Shown: in pieces, positions 24,559 through 38,445 of the stretch | How the letters are laid out: the number at the start of each line of letters is the position of its first letter | Position numbering within the stretch: position 1 is the first letter of the stretch | Source of the DNA: Camelus dromedarius | Lineage: Eukaryota | Length of the DNA: 64,000 bases | Reading direction: 5' to 3' | NCBI RefSeq assembly: GCF_036321535.1 | Contig: NC_087436.1 | Location: 16,678,001 to 16,742,000, forward strand | The notes under the pieces: model-generated | The model's database searches: none | Told to the model about the DNA's origin: nothing | Seen by the model: the letters and a program-made list of their open reading frames with translations, nothing else | Translations under genes and position numbers: made by a program

Positions 24559-27500
24559 GGGTGTGACGTTTGACTGGGTCTGGAGATGATGCAGTATCTC
24601 TAAATCTAAAATGTTCTTCCTGGCCATGTTTAACTTCAAGGAGTCTTTAGAAATGGTTTTGTGTGCACATTGGCATTGAGCTGCTGGAGTTCTGCCTCAA
24701 GGTTGTGGTTGCCGATAATGGCGCCCAAATAATTGCATTTTAAAGTGATACTTCCTGGCCAAAGATGGCTACTTTTGAATAAGTGAATGCATTAATTAGG
24801 AAGTAATGCTTAAAATGGTCTGTATACTTTGGAAGAAGAGCATGGGGTGAAGAAATCCCCCTTAATTTATTAGTGAAATTTGGTGCATGAGGATGAGCGA
24901 GAGGTGAAATATAAATAGCTGAATGGAGAATGATAGACAAGCAATATTCTTGCACACTGAAGAATGTTCCAGATTGCTGACGAGTCATCAGAAAGGGGTC
25001 AAGTAAACCAGTCGTCTCTGGGACCTGTTGGCCTCTCCTGTGAGTTTATGCACATTCCCTAACCCTCCTTCTCTCCTCAGCTACCCAGCTGCTCGGCTCC
25101 TTAGTGTCTACACCTTCTCTGATGTCGTCTATCTGATGTCCATTCTTACTTCTAACAGGGGACCAGCCCTGACCTGCTGAACTCAGTATCGGGGGACTGT
25201 CAGGCAAGACACCCCTTTAGCTTCTGTCTGAGGGGTGAGCACAAACTCAGGATGGGGTTCTTCCTCCTGGATTTGGATCTTGTCCTGACTGACACAAGGA
25301 CAATGGAATAGGACTGGAATTCATTCCTCATGACCGGGGGTGGGGCAGTGGGATGCTCATGATGGCTGGAGGGAATTGACTGTTCCTAAATCCCTAGAGC
25401 TGCCTGGACGCTAGCTTTTTCTCAGAAAAACTTTTTCCCACCTACTTTTCCTTTAATTCCAGGAGTAACCTCATGTTATGTTAAAACATTCAGGTTTTTA
25501 ATTTTATTTTGCTTTATTTTTCCTGAAGCTAGCTAGAGTCCATTTCTGCTGTTTTCAAGGGACACAATCTAAGTGAGACAGGCTCTTTTTCCTCAATCCC
25601 ACGCCCCACGTGGACAGTTCTTTCTCAGCCACGCTCAGCCTTGGGCAGGAGGAAATGAAAAGAAGGCTGTCAGGGCTTCCTTGGTGGTGTCACTGTTTTC
25701 TGTTTCATTTAAAGATGAAATTTAGTCTGTTTTTTTTTTGACTCTTCGGCTTACAAAAGATACAGGGAGTCCTGTACTCAGTGTGCTTTTCCCACTTTTC
25801 ATTCATTCTTCGTCCACAGCATCAGGGTGCTCTGTGCTTTGTCCCAGTCTCAGCTGGAAACCCCCCTCCACTGCAGTCTGAGTGTGGATGTGCATGACCT
25901 GCCTCCTCCTTTAAGAGAGCAGGTAGGAGTCCTAGAAACAGAGGCTCCAGCACAGCATATGCAACCCCCACTCCCACTCCGCCACTCCACCCTAGAAGGG
26001 AGAGACTTGAGCCCATTCCTCAGATAAAGGGCAGGTACTGGAGAATAAACACCGGCAATGACAGTGTCGAATACACAACATGTCACTTATTCTGGGAATG
26101 CTCTCTCTTCCAGTATGCAAACTCCTCAGCACTACATGTGTGTTCTTTTTTTGCTCAGTGTAATTTCAACAATTGTGTAATATTATAAACATCGATTGAA
26201 GATCTGTGCTCTCATGAAAGTAAGGTCCTGCTCTTATGCAAATATTAACAAAGTATTTAAGAAAACAGAGGGAAGTAACAAAGAAAATAGGACTCGTGGG
26301 CAGATCGTTTCTGAAATTATATATTTTTCTGCGAAGCATTAGCTGTTTTAAAAGCATTAATGCAGATCTTTCTTTTGGGATGTGGGTGTATAATTTAAGG
26401 TAAAACACCTTCACTGTGCAATGCAATGTTTACCTTGCCAAGTGCTTAATTTATAGTGACTTTTTTTCTCTTAAAGTATTTCCTCAAATAATTTTTAGCA
26501 ATTTTTCAATGAGTGTTCTAGAAGGATTCTTATTTCAGGACTGAGAGAAATCTTGGGAGGATTATCCAGAAATGTATTAAAAATAATGCATTTTATTAAA
26601 GAATTCCTCCTTAAAAGGAAAGCCTACAACTTTTCATACAGACCTTTTCTATCTAAAGTTTATTAGCTGCTCTGTCTGAAAGTTATTTTAAATTTTTGAT
26701 CTAAATATCTCATGTTGAATATCTAAACCCTTATTTTCTTTTTCCTAAGATGAGGAACTGCCAGGAACCACATTCTGGGTAAGGCCTTTCATGTGTGTGA
26801 AATGACCAGCTAAAATCCTCCCTTCACATGAATGCAAACATTTCTTTTCTCAGAGGCATGCTTTCATAACAACTTGCTGATTTTGAAGAATCTCCCCGCC
26901 CATCTTCCCAGCCCTCCGTTTCTTTTAAGCGGTGGAGATGGAAGTGGACACCCCGTGGAGCAGGAATTAAGAATAACTGGGCTAACCCTCAGGGCAGGGT
27001 TCCTATTTCTGGATGCCCTGATTGTGGTTGACTTTCAGATCACAGTGACACCATGTTTAAAAGTCAATTTGCCATCCAGGCTGACCTCTCAATTGATTTC
27101 TACTCTCAACTAATCCATCACAGCACATGAGACCATCTGGCTGGTCACTGAGGGTTGCCTCATCAGACTGCAGGGAGATGCGGCTGTGGAGACGCTGGTC
27201 CTTCCCTCGCTAGCCCGTGTCTCTCATCAAGTTAAATGCTTGATGGAAAATCACCACTTTCTTTGCCAAAGTTGTTTTTCTTGTGAGGGACCATGAACTG
27301 TGCTTCCTGGTTAGGGCTTCAGTTCTTTTTCATCTTTTATGTATCGGTTATCAATTTCTCTTCCTTAGCTGTACTCCTCCTTTGGTATCCTCTCTTAAAA
27401 TATTAGATTGGCTTTGATCACTTTTTAAATTTAATAAATACATCTCCATATGACAGAATTCTCACTCCCTCTTAGAGAGATACCAACTGAACATTGAAGG

Positions 27501-28049
27501 CCTATGATATGGTCTTTGTTATACCACTGAGGCCAAGGAACACGGGGAGGTCAGACTGCCTCTAGTTTTGCTCTCAAAGGTTGGTTATGGTCTTGAAGGA
27601 AGAAGAGCTATCCATCTGTGTAATTCAATCCTATTGGCCCGAGTCTAGGTCTAGACTTTGCTATCTCCACTTTCATTTTAAATGTCCTTCCCCTACTCTG
27701 CTTTGTCTTTCTTTCTTTCTTTTTTTTTATTTGATGAGAATAGCATATGGCCCAGGATAAGAACTGTTGCTCAAGTTGGGACATTGCATTTATCTATTCC
27801 TCTGTATCCACCAGATCTATTATTCTGTTATATTACAAAATTAGGTGAGCCTGATGTGACCGGTTCCTTCCAGATCATGCATTCTGATGCCTTTGAGGTA
27901 TTTGTAAATTTATCGTGTAATGATTTCTTCCAGCAATTTTCTAGCCTAGCTTATAGATTAGAAATATCCAGAAGTATTCCTTTTTCAGATGTAACTACTC
28001 TATTTACCTGCTCTCTGCTTGTTTTAAAAAATGGAAATATTGCACTATG

Positions 28050-30220
28050 CTGAGAAACATAAAAACGAATATGACAGAAATATTATTCCAGTTTAACCAC
28101 ATAACAATTTTTAAATCCAGTCTTCTGGTTGGTAGGCATATAGGTTATTTTCAATATTTTGTTCTCATAAATAGCTGTACAAAGAACACTGCATACAGAT
28201 CTCTGTGGCCACATCCCTTGTAAGAGTTTCTCTAGGGCATATGCCTCGGAGTGAAATTACTGAAAGAATCTGCTTGTTTTCAATTTTATTACGTATTGCC
28301 AAAATTTCCCCCCAAGGGCTTACTCATTTATAACTCCATCAGCTGTTTGCTAGAGTTCACTGGTCCATATTCTTGACCTGGGACGGTCAGGCTTTAAATT
28401 TATCGCTAACCTGATGTACTTCACATGGTCTTGCGTTGTGGTTTTGATCTGCATTTTCCAGATTACTGGTTGGAAGAAACATCTTTTCTTTTGTTCATCA
28501 GTCAGTCATGTTACTTCCTCTTTGACCTGCCCCTTTATGTCCTTTGGCTATTTTTCTATTGAATTTTTTTTTCTTCTTATTTTTCAGTAATTTCTTGGTA
28601 AATTCTGGGTACTGCTTATTGGTGGTTTTATTTGCTGTATCTTCTCCTGGTCTGTAGTTTATCTTTTCATGTTTAGTTGTCTTTTGTTGTACTCAAGATT
28701 TTTTCTTTTCATGCAGTCAGTAGTACAGGTATTCTCTTTATTGTTTGTACTGTTGGTGCCTGTTTCAGAATTTTTTTCTACCCTGCAGACGTAAAGATTG
28801 TTACTGCATCTTATAAACGTTTAAAATTTTTGTTTTCCAAATTTGGTCTTTTAAACCACAAAGTATCACTGTATATGGTGACCCATTTATTTCTTTTCCA
28901 TATGTTTAAATAATTACCTGTCCCACAACCATTTATTGAATAGCCATTTTTTGTGGGTTTTTTTTTTTTTTTTTTTTACCACTGGGCTAATGTGCCAAGA
29001 CTCCATTATCTTAATTATTAGAGTTTTGTGATATGTTACCTTCTTACTGCTCTGTCCACTTACCCCAGCTTCTTTGTTTTCAAAACTGTCTCAGCTTTTA
29101 TTTTTCCATTGCTTTTCTAAATAAAATTTAGGATCAGTTTTTTCAAGTTCTACAGAAATCTCTGTTGGAATTTTGATTGGAATTCTATCAACTTATGTAT
29201 GAATTTGAACAAAAATAAAAATCTTTGTAGTTTGATTCTTTTCAGCCACGAACATCATATATTTCTTCTTTTATTTTTGCAATCCTTTTCTACCTTTCAA
29301 TGTTTTGGAAGTTTTTTTCCGTGTAAGTGCAACCCAATTTAAAAAATGTTGTTTCTATGTATCTTTAATGTCTGTTACTATTGTAAATGAGGTCTTTAAA
29401 AAATGACATTTTATAATTGTTGTTGGTATCTTGGAATACTACAGATTTTCTATATTGCTCTTTTTTTTCAACTGCACAATCCTACTGAACTTTCTTATTA
29501 TAATTTGTCTAAAGATTCTTTTAGAGTTCTCTAGGCTAAACATCATGTTGTCTAAAAAGTAATGACACTTATGCTTACTCCTTTCAATCCTGAAATCTTT
29601 TGTTTTATTTTATTTACTGCATTGGTTAAGACTTCCAGGACATGGCTGAATAGTAATATCCTTATCTTATAGTAATATCTTATCTGACTTTAAAGGGAGT
29701 GTTTCAGACTTCCCATCAGTAAGTATAATATTCACTCTAAATTTTTGGTATGTATCATTTTAGGTTAATAAAGTTTTTTTCTAGGACTATTTGCTTAAAG
29801 ATTTTTTGTTTTTGTTTTCATGAATGGGGTGAATATTATCTAATACTTTTCCTCTCTACCTATTGACATAATCACATAAATTTTCTCTTCATCTATTAAT
29901 GTGGTCAATTACCTGAATATATTTTCATCACATTTAATCACTCTTACATTAGAATTATAAATAGAACATGGATGTAGTTTTTAAAAATACACCTCTGAAT
30001 TTGGATTGATAATACTGTGTTTAGGATTTTTTGTCTATGCTCATAAGTGAGATTAAGCTATAGCTTTCTGGTTTGAAATATCTTGGGTTTTGTTAGCTTC
30101 ATTACTTGAGTTGGGCACCATCACCACTTCCCTTTTAAATTTGTGAAACAATTTGTGTAAGAATATCTGTTCTCTGAATGCTTGGTGGAACTTACCTCTC
30201 CCTTGTAAAGGTATCTGAAC
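28050..30220 (-). mobile_element. Long degenerate L1M (L1ME/MD-like) ORF2 and 3' region
   Basis: Continuous T-rich antisense L1 motifs: accatttattgaatag, gttggaattttgattggaattctat, ttactgcattggttaagacttccag, ctatgctcataagtgagatt. Confidence 0.85.
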
Positions 30221-30519
30221 CTAGGGTTGTATTTTTCATGATTGAACATAATGTTTTAATAGCTACTATTATATATATTAATGTCCCTTAACCTAAATTT
30301 ATGTTATAGAGAATTATTTGCATATGTGCAATGAAAAATGTACCGATCTGTAAGTCTAACATACAAATATAAAAATATGTAATGCCATGCATATTATTTA
30401 TAACAATTATCCAATTAGGGGCATAATTTAAAATTCTAAGCCCCTACATAAATCCTGAAGCCCTTAGTTTTTGGAATTTTTTATGATCCAAATATATAAG
30501 TTTGAGTATGTTGGTGGCA

Positions 30520-30750
30520 GGATAATAACTAACATTTTTTTTGGTATATATCTGGTATTAGGAAGTTTATCCATGTTTTTATATTTATTGCCTCTAACAA
30601 TCCTGGGAGAGATGGCTAATCCTATTAGGCATGAGTAAGACCTTGGGGCTAGAACACTTGTACAAAATCTCATGAGTAGTGAGTGGCAGACTTGAGATTT
30701 AAACTAAATGTGTCTGAAGGAAAGCTGGTGTCCTTTTTGCAGTATCTTAC
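30520..30750 (-). mobile_element. MIR SINE
   Basis: cctctaacaatcctgggagagatgg...agtagtgagtggcagacttgagatttaaac. Confidence 0.65.
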
Positions 30751-33700
30751 TGGGACATGGATGACAAAGACTGAGACTCAGTTTTGATAATAAGTAATAA
30801 ATTTTATTGCTGTTACTTTTGGAAATTAAGGTGCATGATATAGGCCTTTAGAAAAACTGACTATGGGAAATATTGATACTCCTAAGGTTTTCATATGCTG
30901 TCAAAACGCCTATACACTGCACAACCTCAGGTGGTGCCATTTATATGGGCCCCAAACTGAATAATGCTGCTCTGTATTTTTGCAATATGCTGACATTTAA
31001 TGCTGCGAATATGTGCCTGCATTGTAAGTTTTTGATGAAAGAAAGAAACCACTCCAATGGGGATGCACTTACCTTATAATTAATAAAAGGTTAATTGCAT
31101 TGTTGGGTTGAGTTTTGGGATTCCTTGTAATACATAAAATAGGGCTTAAGATTGTATTTTACAAAACTTGTGCCTGATATTTGTGTTCTCAGTTTGTTAC
31201 TTCATGAAAAAAAGGAGAAATGTGTTTCAGATGTGGGCAGCTAATTAACTTCCAAATTTTTAGTTGGGCATTGGCTGTAATATTCTATAAAAAAGTTTAG
31301 AAAGGAAACACACAGGGGTTGATTTGGTCATGAAAGAATTCTTCCAATGCCATAAAAAGGAAACAAATCTGTTTTCTTAAAGAAGTCCAGACTTTGTTCC
31401 CATTTAATTATTTTTCCTTAATGAAATGCAAATTGGAGTTTGAAATATTAAGGATAAGTGATAAATATTACAAATCTGACAATTTATTTAATTATGATAC
31501 TAGATCTGGAAATAATGAGTAGACTAACAAAATAAAATTTCATTATATGAACAAATTTTATGGGCACTGGAAGTAACCTTTCTCTTTTTTAGAGAGTTTA
31601 TTTCTGGCCAATATTGTGCCCACTGTATTTTATGTTTTGAATGCAAAACTTTTGCAGTATTTCTGATTTCCCCTGACCCACCCATTTTTCTGTGCTTGTC
31701 TCTCCATTTTCCACTACACTTTTACTTCCTTTCCCCCAAGATACATTTTTTTTCCTTGTAAGTCCGTTCTTTACAGCAGTATCCATTCTCCCTGCTGGCT
31801 GTCAGTTCTTTTTCTCCTCTCAAAGTCATTTCAGTCATTGTTCTTTATGCCTCTCCGAGGAATAAAAAAGGGCTGGTCTCTGAATTATTATTTCTCTTTC
31901 AAGCAAGGAGAATGCAGAGTGTGCTAAAAATCACTTTAATTTAATAGACTCCCAAAATGTGAATTCAGTGTTTCTTGCTCTTGCCATTAAAAAATGTATT
32001 TACCCTGTCATTTACACTTTATAATAGATTCCAAAAACTTTAAACATTTAAAATGATGCGAACACTTGGCACTTTTGTTTTAGGGCTCACCTTTAGGCAA
32101 TGTGTAAAAAACTGTTTCTCTAACTGGGGTAAAATCTTTGACTTCTCAAAACAAATGTGTTAATGCAATGTTTCTGAGTGAAGAAAAGCTAAAAACATTC
32201 ACTTCTTTCCCCCTTAATTTTTTTTAAAGCTCTGCATGTATTCTGACCTGCTCTCTGTCAAATATATATATATTAAGTTGCTTTGAAGTCCTTCTTATCT
32301 GTTACACAAAAATGCACATATGCATGCATCCCCCAATTGGTACCTTCCAAAAGTTAAAATGTCGGGTCCCTGACTAGGCTATGAAATTCATTTCCCCATA
32401 ATAACCATAAAGTGGGTGACGGTTATGTTCTGTAAATGTCAGTCCTGTACCATTGTGTCTAACATCCATTGATAACATTTTCATATGAGCACTACATTCG
32501 GATATGGAGGTGGGATGGGCAAGCCTGTCCGTGACACCCCCCTACAGAGTGACCTTGAACTCCAATGTGAAGGGAGTGTGGTGAAGACACGCTAGAGCCA
32601 GATCTGAGTTAGTCACAACTAGCTACCTATAACCTTCAGGTGATTTTACTTGTTATTTACATACAGTACAAAACATCACCTGTCTTGGGGAAGTAGGATC
32701 ATCTGAGAAAACCGAAGTCACATGGGAACCTCCAGATGTAGTGAAAATTAGAAGAGAGCACAACATGGGTCAAGGGTTCTCAGACCTACCATGAGCAAAC
32801 ACATAGGTGCATTAATGTAATATAACACAAACGTGATCAGGGTTCCCTGTATAAAATATTTCTGATTCCAGCATCAACCATAAATGTCCTTTTAACTTCT
32901 CTTTAGGGCCAAATCTGTTATAACACTGGGCTAAACAACACAAACTTTCACTGCCTGATTCGTAAAGAAGTCTGAGAGGGTAAAGGATGAATGAAGCCTT
33001 GGTCTTCTCCATCTGTCAGCCTGCCTTTCCAACTACTGTACCCACTTTTCCTTGTGGAGTCTACAGTGGATTTGTGTATAGATTTTGGATCATTATTCTA
33101 CTCCCTAGAATTTCCTCTCCCACTTCTCTTTCTTTCCTCTCCTCTGCTCTCCTCTCTTGGCATTTCTATTATAGTTTGCCTTATTTATTTCTCAGATTTG
33201 GTCATCTAGATATTGTGCTTGTATACCGTTTCACTAGATTTATCTGTTTTTATTTTGTATGCTGGAGTTAGGGATTTGTGAACTTAACATAAAACTGTCT
33301 AAAATTCAATGCAAATATAATTGTTTTCTGGAGATCTAAGACCAATGGTACCTGAATTTTTCAAAATAGTTATAATAATAGTACCTGGGATTCCTCCCTT
33401 GGTGGAGCTGGCTTTGGTCTACATGGAGAGTTTAGCCTTGATTCTCAATCTAAATTCTGTATTTCTGGATTCAACCTGCCCTTCACCTGAGAGTTACACA
33501 CGAAGAGTCTATATGCTACTTAAAATGAAATCCAAAAATGAGTAATTATAATAAAATTTATGGCTATCACTGTACCAACCTTTTATGAGGAAAAGACCAA
33601 TGGCAAATAAGTTTCTAATGGAGGCTTATTCAAGACAATTAAGAATGCCATGGAAGCAGCAGACAGTTTAATCTTCTCATTCTCATATACTGATTTGATT

Positions 33701-33784
33701 GAAAAGATGGAAAGTTCAATTTATGTCAAGTAATTTGGGGTGGGGGAGGATACAAACAAGATATGAGAATCAAGAGAAAGCCAG

Positions 33785-33886
33785 GGGTGGGAGGATATAG
33801 CTCAGTGCTAGGGCACATGCTTGGTATGCACAAGGTCCTGGGTTCAGCCCCAAGTACTTCCACTATCCAAAAAAAAAAAAAAAAAA
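33785..33886 (+). mobile_element. Short tRNA-Ala-derived SINE with pure poly(A) tail
   Basis: gggaggatatagctcagtgctagggcacatgcttggtatgcacaaggtcctgggttcagcccc plus poly(A). Flanks aagagaaagccag and aagaggaaaccag match at 11 of 13 (TSD). Confidence 0.88.
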
Positions 33887-35509
33887 GAGGAAACCAGAAC
33901 TAGATGTCAGCTCAGAATCCCAGGCAGCTCCGGAGATTTGGACAGCAGGAGTCTATTGATTTTGAGTCAAGGGCTCTCCTATTAATGTGATTCAGTTACT
34001 TTTCATATGTCTGCTCCATTCGCCACACTCTACTGACTACATTCTTCACCTTCCACTCTCTATATATCTTTTCTTTACCTTCTGCCTCTGCTTACTCATA
34101 ATTTCTGTTTACTCGTAAATTTGGCTGTCACAGCTTCTTCTATCCTATATTTTTCCATGAGCCTTCACTGGCTTTCTCTGACAGCTGCAATATATATATA
34201 AACAAGTTTAAATTTCCTAAGATAGACGTTGATTTTTTTGATGTCCAAGCACTTTATACATTGCTAGCTAGACTGTGGATTGGCTTCTTATGGGTCAAAT
34301 GATTGCTCTGGTCCCATCAGCAGGTGCTGCTCTAACTTTGAAACACAGCTGCCCTGAGTTGTCACCATGCAGAAGCTGTGGGCATGGGAGGTTTCCACTT
34401 GAAGGGGTGGCTAGCATGGCAGGCACCATGGTTAACAAATTGAGTTACTATGGACTCTCCAATTCCTTCTGACCATGTAATCTAATGATCACTGCTTTCA
34501 TAGTAATGACCTAGAGGCACAAGATGCTGACCATCTTCAACATCCAGAGAAAAAAATTAGTATGTTCATTACATTATGTTCAGTAGAATTTCAGTATTAA
34601 GTGTATTTTACCATATTCTAATAGTTTGAAAGTTAATGAATTTCTGTGTCATTTTACATAATTCTTAATTAGCCCAAACTATTTCTCTTAATTAGTACAT
34701 ATTAATTCCCCCCAAAAAAGCAATTATTTCTGTACTGAGGAATCTTGGAGTTTTAGAGACAAGTTTCTCCCTATCTCAGCTGAGAAATAATGGATGACAA
34801 AAATCTGCTGCATCTTACCTTATGGATCTTTCCTGTGTATTTTTTTTCCCTTTAAGTTGCTGGTAAGAGCCAATCACAATTTCCGTTGACCTGCAATTAA
34901 TTGTCAAAACGTGTTCATTATTTATCATGTGTTATGCATTATTTATTATTATGGTATTATTTATTATGCTTTATCTATTAAGCAATGATGAACTATCCCT
35001 TAGAAATAAAGTCATGCAAGTAGAAGTGACCACACAGGAAGAATACCTGGAATATTCTTATACCTCAATTCAGTGATGGCTCATTAGTTTGCAAATACTT
35101 TGATTATAATGTGATTAAAGTTCTAGGAGTAAATCCTTTCCAATTCTTACTATTATGAAGCACACTTAATTAACCTTAATTAATTTTTACTGACTACTGT
35201 CACCTGTGACACTACAGTAAGTCTGCGATGCAGAATGAGAAATCTGATTGGCTCTTGAGAGAACAGTGGAAAATATAGGACTTAGGAGGGTGCGTTGTAG
35301 AATTCAGATAATTCTACAGGAGAAAATTGAGTGCCTTTAGACTTAGATCATAATGCATTTCCTAAGTCTGTTTGGAAATATGGCTAATCTTCCTGATATT
35401 CACTTTCATAACCTGGAAGATGAACTATATGATGGACATGTCCTTAAACACCAACAAATTACCCCCAGTTGGGAGATTGGACTGGTGGGCTAGAGGGTGA
35501 CTAGAAGGG

Positions 35510-35665
35510 AATCACTATTAATCACCTACTACATACCATGTAATGTGCTAATGTGCCTGCAAACCTTTTATAATGCTCATTTTACAAAGAGCAGATTGGC
35601 CTAAATACTGTCTAACATGACACAATTCCTAAATGAAACACCTAGAATTCAAAACCAGGCATGAT
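35510..35665 (-). mobile_element. MIR fragment
   Basis: cacctactacataccatg...ctcattttacaaagagcaga...ctagaattcaaaaccaggc. Confidence 0.55.
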
Positions 35666-35697
35666 TCTTTTGTTCATGTCCAAAGTTAGTAATCTTT

Positions 35698-35852
35698 ATT
35701 TTTAGAAAATTTTTTAATTTTTATTTTTTGGGGTAGAGGTAATTAGGCTTATTTATTTAGTTATTTATTTTAATGGAGGTACTAGGGATTGAATCCAGGG
35801 CCTCCTGCATGCTGAGCATGTAATCTAACCACTGAGCGATACACTCTCCCCT
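35698..35852 (-). mobile_element. tRNA-Ala-derived camelid SINE (vic-1-like)
   Basis: gaggtaattagg...(ttta)n...ggaggtactagggattgaatccaggg...ccactgagcgatac. 15-bp TSD aagtt(a/t)gtaatcttt at 35683-35697 and 35855-35869. Confidence 0.92.
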
Positions 35853-36784
35853 GGAAGTTTGTAATCTTTTGATGACATGCTGCTGCTTTACTATGACTTC
35901 TCTCTGATATTCTTCCCCTCAATATTTCTCAATTAATGATGATTTTCTTGGATATTTAATGATAGTTTCAGTATTCCAGCAGGTGCAGTCAGTGTGTACT
36001 GGTAAGGAAGGATGAGATGGAAAAGTAACTTAGTTGTAGACTTCTGGACTGTTAAAGAACTCTATAAAGTCTTGACATGGCCTACAAGGAAAGGAGCATG
36101 AATATTTGCAACTATTTCCAGGCCTTCCTGCCATGATTGCTGATTCGTAGAATGGGGAGGGTAGTCAAGTAAAGCTGTGATAAGAAATGCAGGTATTTTT
36201 CCAGCGGGATACCTAGCTCAGTTTCTATACTATCTCAGAGTAGCTCACTAATTTCTAATCCTCATTTACAGTCTAGATTCTATAGAGTGTACTATGCAAG
36301 AAATCACAGCATAAATAAGGAAGTTAAAGATCAACTAGCTTTAGGAAAATGAAGCCAAGTATCATCACGATCTACTGGTTTTGGAGCAAAGGCTCTTCTT
36401 CATGTGACAGGTTAATTAGAATTAAACCCGTAAGGCTAAATGCATTAACCAATGTACAGTTTAATTTTATTCTACTTTATAAAAGTATGAATAATTCTTA
36501 GTTTTACTTTTTACTTTTTACTAACTTTGTATTTTAGAACAAATTTCCAATGACCATTCAAAAGGAGTTCTACATTTTCTAGTGTTGTGCTTAATCATAA
36601 GATTTCAGAACAATGAGGGACAGGCAATCATATGGTCTCTGGCTTTCAAACTAATTGCCTTGGGCAATGATTTTCAGCTCTGATTTGGTGACATTTCAGG
36701 GTGAGTCCAACGATCTAAACATTATTGAAGCAAAATTTAAAAAGTAAATGTATTCCTTGAATATTGGGTTGGTAGATATAAAAA

Positions 36785-37800
36785 AATAAAGCAACTTGAG
36801 CTAAGTATCGTTAATAGAATACACATCTAAACAATAGGAAAATATGCATTCTTTTTAAGTGCACACAGGACATTCTCTAAAATAGACCACATGCTAGACT
36901 ATAGAACAATTCTCAACTACTTTTAAAGAAAACAATATACTCTCAAAGACGCATTGGTCCAAGAAGAAAAACAAGGGAAAATAGACAATAGAACTGAATG
37001 TTCACGAACATACAATATATCAAAATTTGTGAAAATGTGGCTTAAATAGGGCATAAGATACATTTACATATTTCAATGCTTATATTAGAAGAGTGGTTTA
37101 AATTCAGTGATCTCTGCTTCTGCCATTAGAAGCTAGGAAAAGAACAACCCAAAGTCAGTAGAAGGAAGACAATAATAAAGGGAAGAAATCAATGAGATAA
37201 AAATCAGGTAAATATTAGATAAAAATCTGTAAAAATCATAGCCTAGTCCTTTGAAAAGACTAATACAATTGATAAACCTCTGACCAGACTAATCATGAAA
37301 AAGTGAAATAAATCACCAATATTAACACTGGAAGACAGGAGAGCACTACAGAGCCTACAGACTTTGAGAAGATAATAGAGGAGGTTTATGAATAACTTTA
37401 TGCCAATAAATGTGATGAAATGCATAAATCCTTGAAAGACACCAATTACCAAAATGAACAAAAAAAATTGAAAATCAGAATATACTTATACCTATTAACT
37501 TGAATTCATAAATAGAACTTTGCTTCAAAGGAAACTTTAGGCCCAGACAGTTTTGTTGGTAAATTCCATAAAACATACAAGAAGGCATTATTCCTAACCT
37601 TACAAAAACCTCATCCAGAAAACAGAGGAGAAGGTTACACTCATTTCATGAGGCCAACAATACTCTAACATATTATGAGAAAAAGAAACTACAAATCCAT
37701 ATTCTTCATGAACATAGACACAAAAGTCTTTAACATATTAACAAATATGTAATATGTTAGAATGACTAAGTGGAGTTGATAGCAGAAATGCTAATTCTAT
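36785..37800 (+). mobile_element. Degenerate L1 ORF2 (endonuclease to pre-RT region)
   Basis: From about 36840 it translates to KYAFFLSAHRTFSKIDHML, the L1 endonuclease motif YTFFS.AHGT.SKIDH.L. Later aattgataaacctctgaccagact and ggcccagacagttttgttggtaaattc. Many disruptions. Confidence 0.9.
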
Positions 37801-38334
37801 TTGCATCCAACTTAGTTACATGAGACATTTAAGTTGGTGAAAAACTTAAAAAATCTGCTAAAAGAGATTTTGTTAAGTTTTAAATGGCGTACTCTAAAAT
37901 ATACCTATAGTTTAATAAACTAATGAAGTTTAGCAACACAATTCTGGTTTAATTACTCCTAAGTATATATGATACATTTCTTATCCATTGTGTTTCTAGA
38001 ACTTTCCCATTAGCATTGGTATTGTGCCTTGTTTGACAAAAATTTTCATAACTGGGGAGATGAGAATGGAGTAAAGTAAAAGAAAAATTGTTAGTTATCA
38101 CCTGCTTTTCTGGCCTAGAATAATTTTAAGGCTACACATTGAACAAATAGAAATCTTTTAAATTTGAAAGCATAATGTTTCTTAGGGTACAAAATTTGTG
38201 TAACATAAATAAGTAAATTCCTTTCTTGGAGAAAATTATTATTAAGCTCTTGATAAAACGTCTCCACTCCATTTGATTTAATAGACATGCCGATGGCAAG
38301 AGAATCAGTTCTAATTTGGGCGAAATGGCTGTAG

Positions 38335-38445
38335 GACATTGAGCATGTGACTTAAAACCTTTGGGTCTCAGTTCCCTCATCCAAATAATGTGAGGGATTG
38401 TTTAGGCCTTCTTTATGGCCTCTTCCAACTTTAAGAATATACGAA
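38335..38445 (+). mobile_element. MIR fragment
   Basis: tgacttaaaacctttgggtctcagttccctcatccaaataatg...cttccaactttaaga. Confidence 0.65.

Noticed and set aside
29650..29685. Tandem duplication atagtaatatc(c)ttatct
   Set aside because: Ordinary slippage event inside a dead L1.
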